Sequence record: SRR31156797_6066
DNA: 20,000 bases
Reading direction: 5' to 3' (one strand)
Shown here: positions 1-6,884 of the stretch, in pieces
Numbering within the stretch: the first letter of the stretch is position 1
How the letters are laid out: every line of letters begins with the position of its first letter
Translations under genes and position numbers: made by a program
Notes under the pieces: generated by a model
Seen by the model: only the letters and a program-made list of their open reading frames with translations
What the model was told of the DNA's origin: nothing
Databases searched by the model: none

Positions 1-423
1 ACAAGCCTAAGTGTAACAGAAGCAATGTGGAGCGACATGCAGAAAATATGCAAACCACTTGAAACAATTAATCCTGATATCCCATTTACACTTAAAAAAC
101 GCAAATCAATAAAACAACCTAAAAAAGCATGGGGTACTGATAGCGGACCATTTGCTGTAGCAGGTGTACCTACAATGGAATTTGGTAAAACAGATCATTT
201 TGGATATGATTTTAGCTATCGAGAAATTTGGCATACCGAAAGAGATCTTTACAATATGAGTATTGCTGAATATCAAGAACACTCATCAATAGTAACCGCA
301 GTAGTAATATATGGAATAGCAAACCTTAATCACCTCCTTTCCCGCGAAGGATATTACACAAAGGAAGAAACAGATGAAAAATTAACTGATAAATCTCCCA
401 AGAAGAATTCTCTAAAAAGATAA
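1..423 (+). CDS. M28/M20-family Zn peptidase, C-terminal part (5' end outside window)
   Basis: Frame is open from base 1 (TSLSVTEAMWSD...), so the ATG at 25 is internal. GTDSGPF..AGVP and YREIWHTERD match the SD.x.F...G.P and YH/WHT..D motifs at the C-terminus of M28 peptidases. Confidence 0.75.
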   Translation, partial: TSLSVTEAMWSDMQKICKPLETINPDIPFTLKKRKSIKQPKKAWGTDSGPFAVAGVPTMEFGKTDHFGYDFSYREIWHTERDLYNMSIAEYQEHSSIVTAVVIYGIANLNHLLSREGYYTKEETDEKLTDKSPKKNSLKR

Positions 424-442
424 AATATTTAAATCCGTAAAT

Positions 443-487
443 AAAAAACACCACAGCTTGAAACAATGTTTCAGCTATGGTGTTTTT
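443..487. terminator. Bidirectional rho-independent terminator
   Basis: Imperfect inverted repeat aaaaacaccacagc...gctatggtgttttt with inner tgaaac/gtttca, A- and T-tracts on either side, between convergent genes. Confidence 0.75.
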
Positions 488-502
488 ACTTCATATATTT
501 CT

Positions 503-937
503 CTAAGAATTGTAAATCTTAACTTGCCTTAATCCTAGTACGAATAAACAGATTAGTTTAACAAACTCCATCACAACATACATTATATGAACTGAACTTT
601 TTTCAGGTTGCATTCCTTGCATGATCAATTGTGCATGTTCATTCAATTCCGGCAATAAATAACCCGATTGCGCTACAATAAAAGTAAAAATGGTTAAAGC
701 ACTTACCACAACAGCTCTGTCTGTGTAATGAATAAATACATAAACAAGCATAATTACTGTAAAAATACGTTCAACAAAATTTAGCGCTCCAAACACATGC
801 ATTCCTACATCCAATCCTGTCGGAACGTCTAATGATTCAGCACGAAACTTAATCCATGCTTCCATAAAACTAATGGCAAGTATAAATCCTACCCAGATAA
901 ACGTGATAACAAATCCGTGTTTTATAAATCTACTCAT
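503..937 (-). CDS. DUF4149-like four-TM membrane protein
   Basis: Four hydrophobic segments and the motif W.GF..AISF.EAW.KF......L..GL..G..VF.ALN..E. ATG at 937 (MSRF) preferred because of its A-rich leader; the ORF-track start at 961 is also possible. Confidence 0.7.
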   Translation of the reverse strand: MSRFIKHGFVITFIWVGFILAISFMEAWIKFRAESLDVPTGLDVGMHVFGALNFVERIFTVIMLVYVFIHYTDRAVVVSALTIFTFIVAQSGYLLPELNEHAQLIMQGMQPEKSSVHIMYVVMEFVKLICLFVLGLRQVKIYNS

Positions 938-1028
938 ATTACTCTTTTTATTTTGAATCATTAAAAATAGGAAAAGATAAATTAGCTCACTACTCTTTTT
1001 CCTCTAATCTTAAAAAATTCAAGCTGAC

Positions 1029-1060
1029 TTGACATTAATTGACCGATAAGATTAAATTTG
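1029..1060 (+). promoter_or_regulatory. Bacteroidota sigmaA promoter of the glycosyltransferase pair
   Basis: TAaaTTTG at 1053-1060 with TTGA at 1029-1032; start codon at 1080. Confidence 0.65.
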
Positions 1061-1079
1061 CACCAAAGAGTTCTTACAC

Positions 1080-2816
1080 ATGACAATCAATAAACTATTT
1101 TCAAAGATCACTCTAAAAAGTGATATACTCCATATTCTAATACTTGCAATTGCTTTTGCATTTGTATACAGCACAATATTCGATAGTAAAATTGATACCA
1201 ATGGAGACAATGCCGGATATTACATTTTAGCAAAATCTTTGGCAACAGGACAAGGATATACCAACATACATCGCCCTGAATATCAAGCTGCAAATCATCT
1301 ACCTCCGGGATATCCTGCTATTATAAGTACCGTTTTTCTCACAATTGGATCTGATATTAACACCATAAAAATTGTAAATGGTGTTCTTTTCTTTTTAAGT
1401 CTGCTAACACTATTTTCCTTATTTAAAATACTTTCAGGTAATCGACAACTCTCTTTTGTGGTTACACTAACAACCTTGCTAAATCCATATTTACTTCGGT
1501 TTTCCACTTTAATAATGAGCGAGATTCCTTTTCTATTATTTTCATCGCTCACCTTACTGGTATTTATAAAACTGGATAAACAAAAAACTGCCTACAAAAA
1601 CAAAAACTTTTACCTTTTCATAGTTCTTTTAGCAAGTTCATTTTATATCAGAACGGCAGGAATTGCTTTAGTATCAGGAGTTGTTTTTGCATTATTATTA
1701 GAGAAAAATTACAAACTTATTATTGCGAGTATTTCCGGTTTCTTTATTCTGATTTTACCTTGGCAGATAAGAGGATTTCTATTGGGTGGGAATTCCTACA
1801 TAAATCAACTATTCCAAAAAAATCCATATCGTCCCGAAATGGGAAGAATGGATATCACCGATTGGTTTGAAAGATTTTTCCTTAACCTAAAGCGATACAT
1901 TGTTAACGAAATTCCTAACGGTACATTTCCAAGAAATATAATTGACTACCAAAGTGAAATACAAGCCACAGATTGGATAATTGGATTAACACTAGTCTCA
2001 ATAATGATTTTTGGAATAATGAAAATCAAAAGACACAAAGTTTTAATGATTGGTTATTTACTAGGTAATTTTGGTATACTATTGCTTTGGCCAGAAGTAT
2101 GGTATGGAGTAAGATTTCTATTGCCTCTTATACCATTTCTAATTCTTTTTACAGGAATAGCAATGATCAAAATTCTTGAAAATGTGAAATGGAGCAATAA
2201 AAGAATAACAAGTTTTTCGCCCTATATATTTTTTCTTATCATTGGATTCATTATATATCCACAACTAAGAATTACTAAAATAATGGCTGACTTGCCCTAT
2301 CCAATGAATTACAACAACTATTTATTCATTGCAAAATGGGCAAAAACCAATATACCTGAAGATGCAGTAATATGCTGTCGAAAAGATCAGTTATTTTATC
2401 TTTTTTCGAACCGAAAGACAGTGCGATATAAAAATACATTGGACAAAGAGGAATTAATTAAAAATCTAAGCACTAAAAAAGTGAGTCATGTTGTTTTAGA
2501 CCAATTGGGATTTCTATCAACACCCAGATATTTGTATCCTGCCATTCAACGTCATCAAGAAAAATTCATCACCATAAATCACCAAACAAAACCCGACACC
2601 TATCTATTTGAATTTAAAAATGAAATGGGATATACTGGTGAATGGAAAAATGACATGAAAAATGGAAATGGTACCTTTGTTTATGACAATGGAGAAAGTT
2701 TCTCTGGTGAATGGCAAAATAACAAACGAAACGGTAAAGGAATCTACTTTTTATTGAACGGAGATAGTATCCAAGGAATATGGAGAGATGATTCTTTAAT
2801 TCAGGAAATCAAATAA
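1080..2816 (+). CDS. GT-C fold (ArnT/PMT-like, GT39/GT83-like) polytopic membrane glycosyltransferase with C-terminal MORN repeats
   Basis: About 11 hydrophobic segments; acidic first loop DTNGDNAGYY..AKSL..G.GY, HLPPGYP, SEIPF, YIRTAG and RFLLP motifs typical of GT-C enzymes; ends in YTGEWKNDMKNGNG / FSGEWQNNKRNGKG / IQGIWRDD MORN units. Confidence 0.8.
   Translation: MTINKLFSKITLKSDILHILILAIAFAFVYSTIFDSKIDTNGDNAGYYILAKSLATGQGYTNIHRPEYQAANHLPPGYPAIISTVFLTIGSDINTIKIVNGVLFFLSLLTLFSLFKILSGNRQLSFVVTLTTLLNPYLLRFSTLIMSEIPFLLFSSLTLLVFIKLDKQKTAYKNKNFYLFIVLLASSFYIRTAGIALVSGVVFALLLEKNYKLIIASISGFFILILPWQIRGFLLGGNSYINQLFQKNPYRPEMGRMDITDWFERFFLNLKRYIVNEIPNGTFPRNIIDYQSEIQATDWIIGLTLVSIMIFGIMKIKRHKVLMIGYLLGNFGILLLWPEVWYGVRFLLPLIPFLILFTGIAMIKILENVKWSNKRITSFSPYIFFLIIGFIIYPQLRITKIMADLPYPMNYNNYLFIAKWAKTNIPEDAVICCRKDQLFYLFSNRKTVRYKNTLDKEELIKNLSTKKVSHVVLDQLGFLSTPRYLYPAIQRHQEKFITINHQTKPDTYLFEFKNEMGYTGEWKNDMKNGNGTFVYDNGESFSGEWQNNKRNGKGIYFLLNGDSIQGIWRDDSLIQEIK
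2631..2792 (+). repeat. MORN repeats (two full 23-aa units plus one partial) within the GT-C ORF
   Basis: Y/F-x-G-E-W-x-N-x-x-x-N-G-x-G consensus repeated with a 23-aa period. Confidence 0.85.
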
Positions 2817-2819
2817 AAT

Positions 2820-3545
2820 ATGACTCTAAAAAAATTAAGCATACTTATTCCAGCCTATAATGAAGCCGATCAGGTTTATGAAATTCTAAGCAGAATAAAT
2901 GCCGTTTCATTAATCAATTCCATTACAAAAGAAGTCATTTTTATTGATGACAAATCAACTGATAATACCATTCAGGTAGTCAATACTTTTGCAAAAAATC
3001 ATCCCGAAATAGAAATTACACTTTATCAACAAAATGTTAATAAAGGTAAGGGAGCAGCAATAAAAAAAGGGATTGAACTAGCTACCGGAGAATATTTAAT
3101 AATACAAGATGCAGATCTAGAGTATGATCCAGAAGAATACAACGATTTACTTAAACCGGTATTTAAAGCCGATGCTGATGTAGTTTATGGCTCAAGATTT
3201 ATGGGTGGAAATCCGCATAGAATTTTATTCTTTTGGCATTCGATAGGAAATAAATTCTTAACCATACTATCGAACTTGTTCACAGATTTCAACCTAACAG
3301 ATATGGAAACCTGTTACAAATTGTTTCGATCTGACATTATAAAGAAAATACCTCTCAGAGAAAACCGATTTGGTTTCGAACCTGAAATAACAGCGAAAAT
3401 ATCAAAAATTAACAACCTTAAATTATACGAAGTCGGCATTTCATATTACGGACGAACTTACGATGACGGCAAAAAAATTAGTTGGAAAGATGGAGTTCGA
3501 GCCATTTATTGTATTCTTAAATATGGTATGCTAAAAATAAAATAA
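2820..3545 (+). CDS. GT2 glycosyltransferase, DPM1/polyprenol-phosphate-sugar synthase-like
   Basis: LSILIPAYNE, IDDKSTD, NKGKGAA, IQDADLEYDP (DxD), VVYGSRF, TDMETCYK and RFGFEPE motifs; starts 3 nt after the GT-C stop, implying an operon. Confidence 0.9.
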   Translation: MTLKKLSILIPAYNEADQVYEILSRINAVSLINSITKEVIFIDDKSTDNTIQVVNTFAKNHPEIEITLYQQNVNKGKGAAIKKGIELATGEYLIIQDADLEYDPEEYNDLLKPVFKADADVVYGSRFMGGNPHRILFFWHSIGNKFLTILSNLFTDFNLTDMETCYKLFRSDIIKKIPLRENRFGFEPEITAKISKINNLKLYEVGISYYGRTYDDGKKISWKDGVRAIYCILKYGMLKIK

Positions 3546-3588
3546 GCTTCCCTTAAAGAGAAGCCCATTGCAAATGTTTCTTTATTTA

Positions 3589-4269
3589 TTAGTCTCGTCT
3601 ACCCATATACATCATCACATAATAAAGTAATGTGGCTAAAGATGATAACGCAGCTACTATATATGTGTAGGCTGCCCATCTTAATGCATCGTCTGCATTT
3701 TTCTGAGTTTCGTAAGTAGTAATTCCTGTTATCTTTAACCATTTCAATGCTCTGTTACTAGCATCTATTTCAACCGGTAATGTAACAATACTAAAAAGAG
3801 TAGTTGCTGCAAACATTACAATACCTGCTAACAACAACTGTGGAAAAGAATTCACCATTACAATTCCAGCTAGCAATATCCACTGAACCCATTTAGAACT
3901 AAAACTTACCACAGGAACCAATGCCGATCTCATTTGCAACCACGAATATGCTTGTGCATGCTGAATTGCATGACCTGTTTCGTGAGCAGCCACAGCTGCC
4001 GCGGCAACATTTCTTCCATGATATACTTCCTGACTTAAATTAATGGTTTTTTCCGAAGGATTGTAATGATCCGAAAGTTGCCCACCAACTGATCCAATTC
4101 TAACTCCCGTAATTCCATGATCTCTCAACATCTTTTCAGCTACATCCTTTCCTGTTTCCCCACCCGAAGTTGGAATCTGGGAATATTTTTTAAATCTTGA
4201 TTTTAATTGGCTACTTACCAACCAACTTAATGCAGTAAAACCTATAAATATGATCCAAATACTCATCAT
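3589..4269 (-). CDS. YugP-type neutral zinc metallopeptidase (Zn_peptidase_2 family)
   Basis: LSDHYNP, AVAAHETGHAIQHA (HExxH), TLPVEIDAS and AAYTY motifs; N-terminal TM segment. Confidence 0.92.
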   Translation of the reverse strand: MMSIWIIFIGFTALSWLVSSQLKSRFKKYSQIPTSGGETGKDVAEKMLRDHGITGVRIGSVGGQLSDHYNPSEKTINLSQEVYHGRNVAAAAVAAHETGHAIQHAQAYSWLQMRSALVPVVSFSSKWVQWILLAGIVMVNSFPQLLLAGIVMFAATTLFSIVTLPVEIDASNRALKWLKITGITTYETQKNADDALRWAAYTYIVAALSSLATLLYYVMMYMGRRD

Positions 4270-4322
4270 TTCTAACTTTTAATTAATATTCAAGCCTTTT
4301 CAACAACATTGCAATGAGATTC

Positions 4323-4338
4323 TCAAAATCTTTGCCAA
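4323..4338 (-). promoter_or_regulatory. Putative sigma54-type (-24/-12) promoter of the YugP peptidase
   Basis: Minus strand reads TTGGCAAAGATTTTGA, aligning with TGGCAC-N5-TTGC at the correct spacing but with A at the -12 C; about 55 nt upstream of the start. Confidence 0.45.
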
Positions 4339-4524
4339 CCTAGATATTTGTTTATTTAGGTGTCGATTTGTCAGTTAAATTGATTGCAAGTAACTCCTAT
4401 CGCAATAAGTATCACACCTCTAAAGAAAGCATCGACAAATCCAAATATTTGAATTTCAGACAGATTAGCCTAAGTCAAAATCAAAAAGTAAAGCCATTTT
4501 CTTAGACTTTCCATATAATTTGCT

Positions 4525-4532
4525 TATTTTTG
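4525..4532 (+). promoter_or_regulatory. Bacteroidota -7 box of the acyltransferase gene
   Basis: TAttTTTG ending 30 nt before the ATG at 4563. Confidence 0.6.
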
Positions 4533-4562
4533 CCACTCCTTAAAAACTAATTCAACCAAATA

Positions 4563-5729
4563 ATGATCACCGAATCAGATTTTAATGACATACGACCATA
4601 CAACGATTCTGAAGTAGTTGAAGTTATTGGTCGCTTGTTAAAAGAAGACTCATTTATTCGCTTTGCACAACAATTATTCCCTGATTTTACTAGGGAAATG
4701 ATTGAAGTTGCTTTAAGCAAAGTGAATAGCATTAAAGAATTTCAAAGTAACTTTATTGTTCGCTTGGCAAAGCATATTATTGCTAATACTACCAAGGGAA
4801 TTACCATAGAAGGTCTAGAGAATCTTGATCCTAAACAAAGCTATCTTTTTATATCTGACCATCGTGATATTATTTTAGACTCTGCATTGCTTAATGTAAT
4901 GCTGCATGATAATGGATTTGAAACCACAGAGATTGCAATTGGAAGTAATTTATTGATTCAACCTTGGATTGCCGATTTGGTAAAACTGAACAAAAGTTTC
5001 GTTGTAAACAGAAGTGTTACCGTTCGTCAAATGTTAGCAAGCTCTAAGCAACTCTCTTCTTATATTAACTTTGCATTGAATGAAAAAAAATCATCGATTT
5101 GGATCGCTCAACGCGAAGGAAGAACAAAAGATGGTGATGACAGAACTCAACAAAGTTTGCTAAAGATGTTGCAAATGGGTGGAGGAAAAGATTTTGCAAA
5201 CCATTTTAAAAATCTAAGAATTGTACCTGTTGCCATATCGTATGAGTACGAACCTTGCGATGCCATGAAAACTTTGGAAGTTCATTTAAAAGAAACTGAA
5301 GATGGTTATCAGAAAACAGCAAAGGATGATTTAAGAAGTATGATTAGAGGAATGATTAATGAAAAAGGTCGTGTTCATTTCCGAATTGGAAAACCAATTG
5401 ACAGCATGCTTGATATTATTGAAGAAATGGACGAAAGTCGAGATAAATACAAGGCTTTAGCAGATTTAATCGACTATAGAATTCATAAAAATTATAAACT
5501 TTGGCCTGATAATTATATTGCTTACGATATTGTAAACAATAGCAAAGAATTTTTAGACAAATACACTATGGAAGAAAAAGAGCTCTTCCTTAAGCACATG
5601 GAAAAAAAGATTGCCACTGTTGAAGATAGAGGTGATAAAGAAAGGTTAAATCAGATCTTTTTTGAAATTTATGCCAATCCAGTTAAAAACAGATTGGAAT
5701 TAACAAAACCGGATTTTATTCAAGAATAA
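4563..5729 (+). CDS. 1-acyl-sn-glycerol-3-phosphate (PlsC/LPLAT superfamily) acyltransferase, long Bacteroidota type
   Basis: FISDHRDIILD (HxxxxD catalytic motif), WIAQREGRTKDGDD, IVPVAISYEYEP and FNDIRPYND N-terminus. Confidence 0.88.
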   Translation: MITESDFNDIRPYNDSEVVEVIGRLLKEDSFIRFAQQLFPDFTREMIEVALSKVNSIKEFQSNFIVRLAKHIIANTTKGITIEGLENLDPKQSYLFISDHRDIILDSALLNVMLHDNGFETTEIAIGSNLLIQPWIADLVKLNKSFVVNRSVTVRQMLASSKQLSSYINFALNEKKSSIWIAQREGRTKDGDDRTQQSLLKMLQMGGGKDFANHFKNLRIVPVAISYEYEPCDAMKTLEVHLKETEDGYQKTAKDDLRSMIRGMINEKGRVHFRIGKPIDSMLDIIEEMDESRDKYKALADLIDYRIHKNYKLWPDNYIAYDIVNNSKEFLDKYTMEEKELFLKHMEKKIATVEDRGDKERLNQIFFEIYANPVKNRLELTKPDFIQE

Positions 5730-5736
5730 TATATTC

Positions 5737-5765
5737 AAGGGCTTTCTTTTACGAAAGCCTTTTTT
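5737..5765 (+). terminator. Rho-independent terminator
   Basis: ggctttc/gaaagcc stem followed by a T-tract just after the acyltransferase stop. Confidence 0.8.
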
Positions 5766-5837
5766 ATTGAAATAAGAGTGAAATTTTTGATTGATCCGAT
5801 TTTTTAATAATTTCAATCAACGAAAAAAACAAGAATC

Positions 5838-6053
5838 ATGAAACTAATAAAGTTCCTTTTGGTCATGTCCACTTTTCTAATAATGGTGGCAGCTATTTTT
5901 AATCTTTTAAATTCCAATGGTGAAACTCCGGACAGAACTGGAATTTACATTGAACTTGTTGTAATGTTTATTCTTACATTATCAATGGTTCTGCTAAATA
6001 ACGTAGAAAAGAAGATGAAAGAATTAGAAAAGAATCAAGATCAGGAGCTATAA
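5838..6053 (+). CDS. Small two-TM hypothetical membrane protein (71 aa)
   Basis: A-rich leader, two hydrophobic helices, charged tail and its own terminator. Confidence 0.7.
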   Translation: MKLIKFLLVMSTFLIMVAAIFNLLNSNGETPDRTGIYIELVVMFILTLSMVLLNNVEKKMKELEKNQDQEL

Positions 6054-6067
6054 CAGCTCCTTTTTTT
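6043..6067 (+). terminator. Rho-independent terminator overlapping the stop codon
   Basis: aggagct-ataac-agctcct followed by a T-tract; the TAA stop (6051-6053) lies in the loop. Confidence 0.8.
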
Positions 6068-6133
6068 ATGCATTTAATCCAGTGGAAGGTTTAAGAAAAA
6101 CTAAAACTTTCAAGATGTGTATTTCGTAAATAA

Positions 6134-6185
6134 TGTTAAGGCTTGTTAATTTTCTAAGCATTAATGAAAGATTTTGGTAGATTCG
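6134..6185 (+). promoter_or_regulatory. Promoter of the 64-aa gene with a TGTTAA direct repeat
   Basis: TGTTAA at 6134-6139 and 6144-6149 (10-nt period); -7-like TAgaTTCG at 6178-6185. Confidence 0.45.
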
Positions 6186-6220
6186 TATCACAAGCTCTAA
6201 AATAAATAAAATAAAAACTC

Positions 6221-6415
6221 ATGCTTGAACAAACAAAAATCGTCTTGTCTAACGTCAGTTTTGACTTAGGTCTTTTTAGAAAAGAACTCGTGAAAGCTAT
6301 CAAGTGGTTGCAACCATCAGAAATTATTTCTCTAAAAAATTGGTGTAGCGAAAATTTCTCAGGGAAATATGACGAAATTGTGACAGAGGTAATCAAACCT
6401 CAATTATCATTTTAA
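6221..6415 (+). CDS. Small conserved Bacteroidota hypothetical protein (64 aa)
   Basis: MLE.TK.VL..VSFD..LF.KEL.KA..WL.P.EI..L..W pattern, which I recognise as a recurrent Bacteroidota small-protein family; A-rich leader and own terminator. Confidence 0.8.
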   Translation: MLEQTKIVLSNVSFDLGLFRKELVKAIKWLQPSEIISLKNWCSENFSGKYDEIVTEVIKPQLSF

Positions 6416-6435
6416 ACTATAATTAAATTTTAAAT

Positions 6436-6465
6436 AGAGAGGACTTGTTATGGTCCTCTTTTTTT
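6436..6465 (+). terminator. Rho-independent terminator
   Basis: agaggac/gtcctct stem followed by a T-tract. Confidence 0.8.
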
Positions 6466-6544
6466 GTGCATTTAAAATCGAAATCACGACTTTATTCAAT
6501 TTCAAAAAATTAACTTACCTTCGCAGCTGAAAAAATTACAGAAA

Positions 6545-6823
6545 ATGATAAAGTTTAAGCGTCATATTAAGGTTGATGAACAGGTATTCGAAACCTGGTT
6601 CGGAATGGAAATTAAGAAAAAAGGTAACAGACCTAGCATTAGCATATTTTACTATACTGATGATCCAAACGAAGAACTAAGCGTGCATCAATTGATAAAA
6701 GGAAACTTTGGCAGCAAAGATGAAGCCGTACGATTTGGAACTAAGTATATGAGAATCATGTACAAAGACATGATTAAGCGAGAAGCTTCAATTCCAAAAG
6801 AAGAAAACGACGATACAAAATAG
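6545..6823 (+). CDS. Hypothetical soluble protein (92 aa)
   Basis: -7-like TAccTTCG at 6516-6523, A-rich leader, plausible beta-beta-beta-alpha pattern and a downstream terminator. Confidence 0.75.
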   Translation: MIKFKRHIKVDEQVFETWFGMEIKKKGNRPSISIFYYTDDPNEELSVHQLIKGNFGSKDEAVRFGTKYMRIMYKDMIKREASIPKEENDDTK

Positions 6824-6838
6824 GAAACTTCCATAAAC

Positions 6839-6867
6839 AAAAAACCCGATCGATGGATCGGGTTTTT
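6839..6867. terminator. Bidirectional terminator shared with aspS
   Basis: aaaaacccgatc-gatg-gatcgggttttt perfect inverted repeat between convergent genes. Confidence 0.9.
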
Positions 6868-6884
6868 CTATATAAGTTATTTTC

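Noticed and set aside
1108..1552. Minus-strand ORFs of 61 and 85 aa
   Set aside because: Antisense shadows inside the GT-C gene with no recognisable motifs.
4547..4732. 61-aa minus-strand ORF
   Set aside because: Antisense to the acyltransferase.
6154..6396. 80-aa minus-strand ORF as a possible antisense toxin/antitoxin partner
   Set aside because: Overlaps the better-supported 64-aa plus-strand gene, which has a promoter, leader and terminator; nothing supports it independently.
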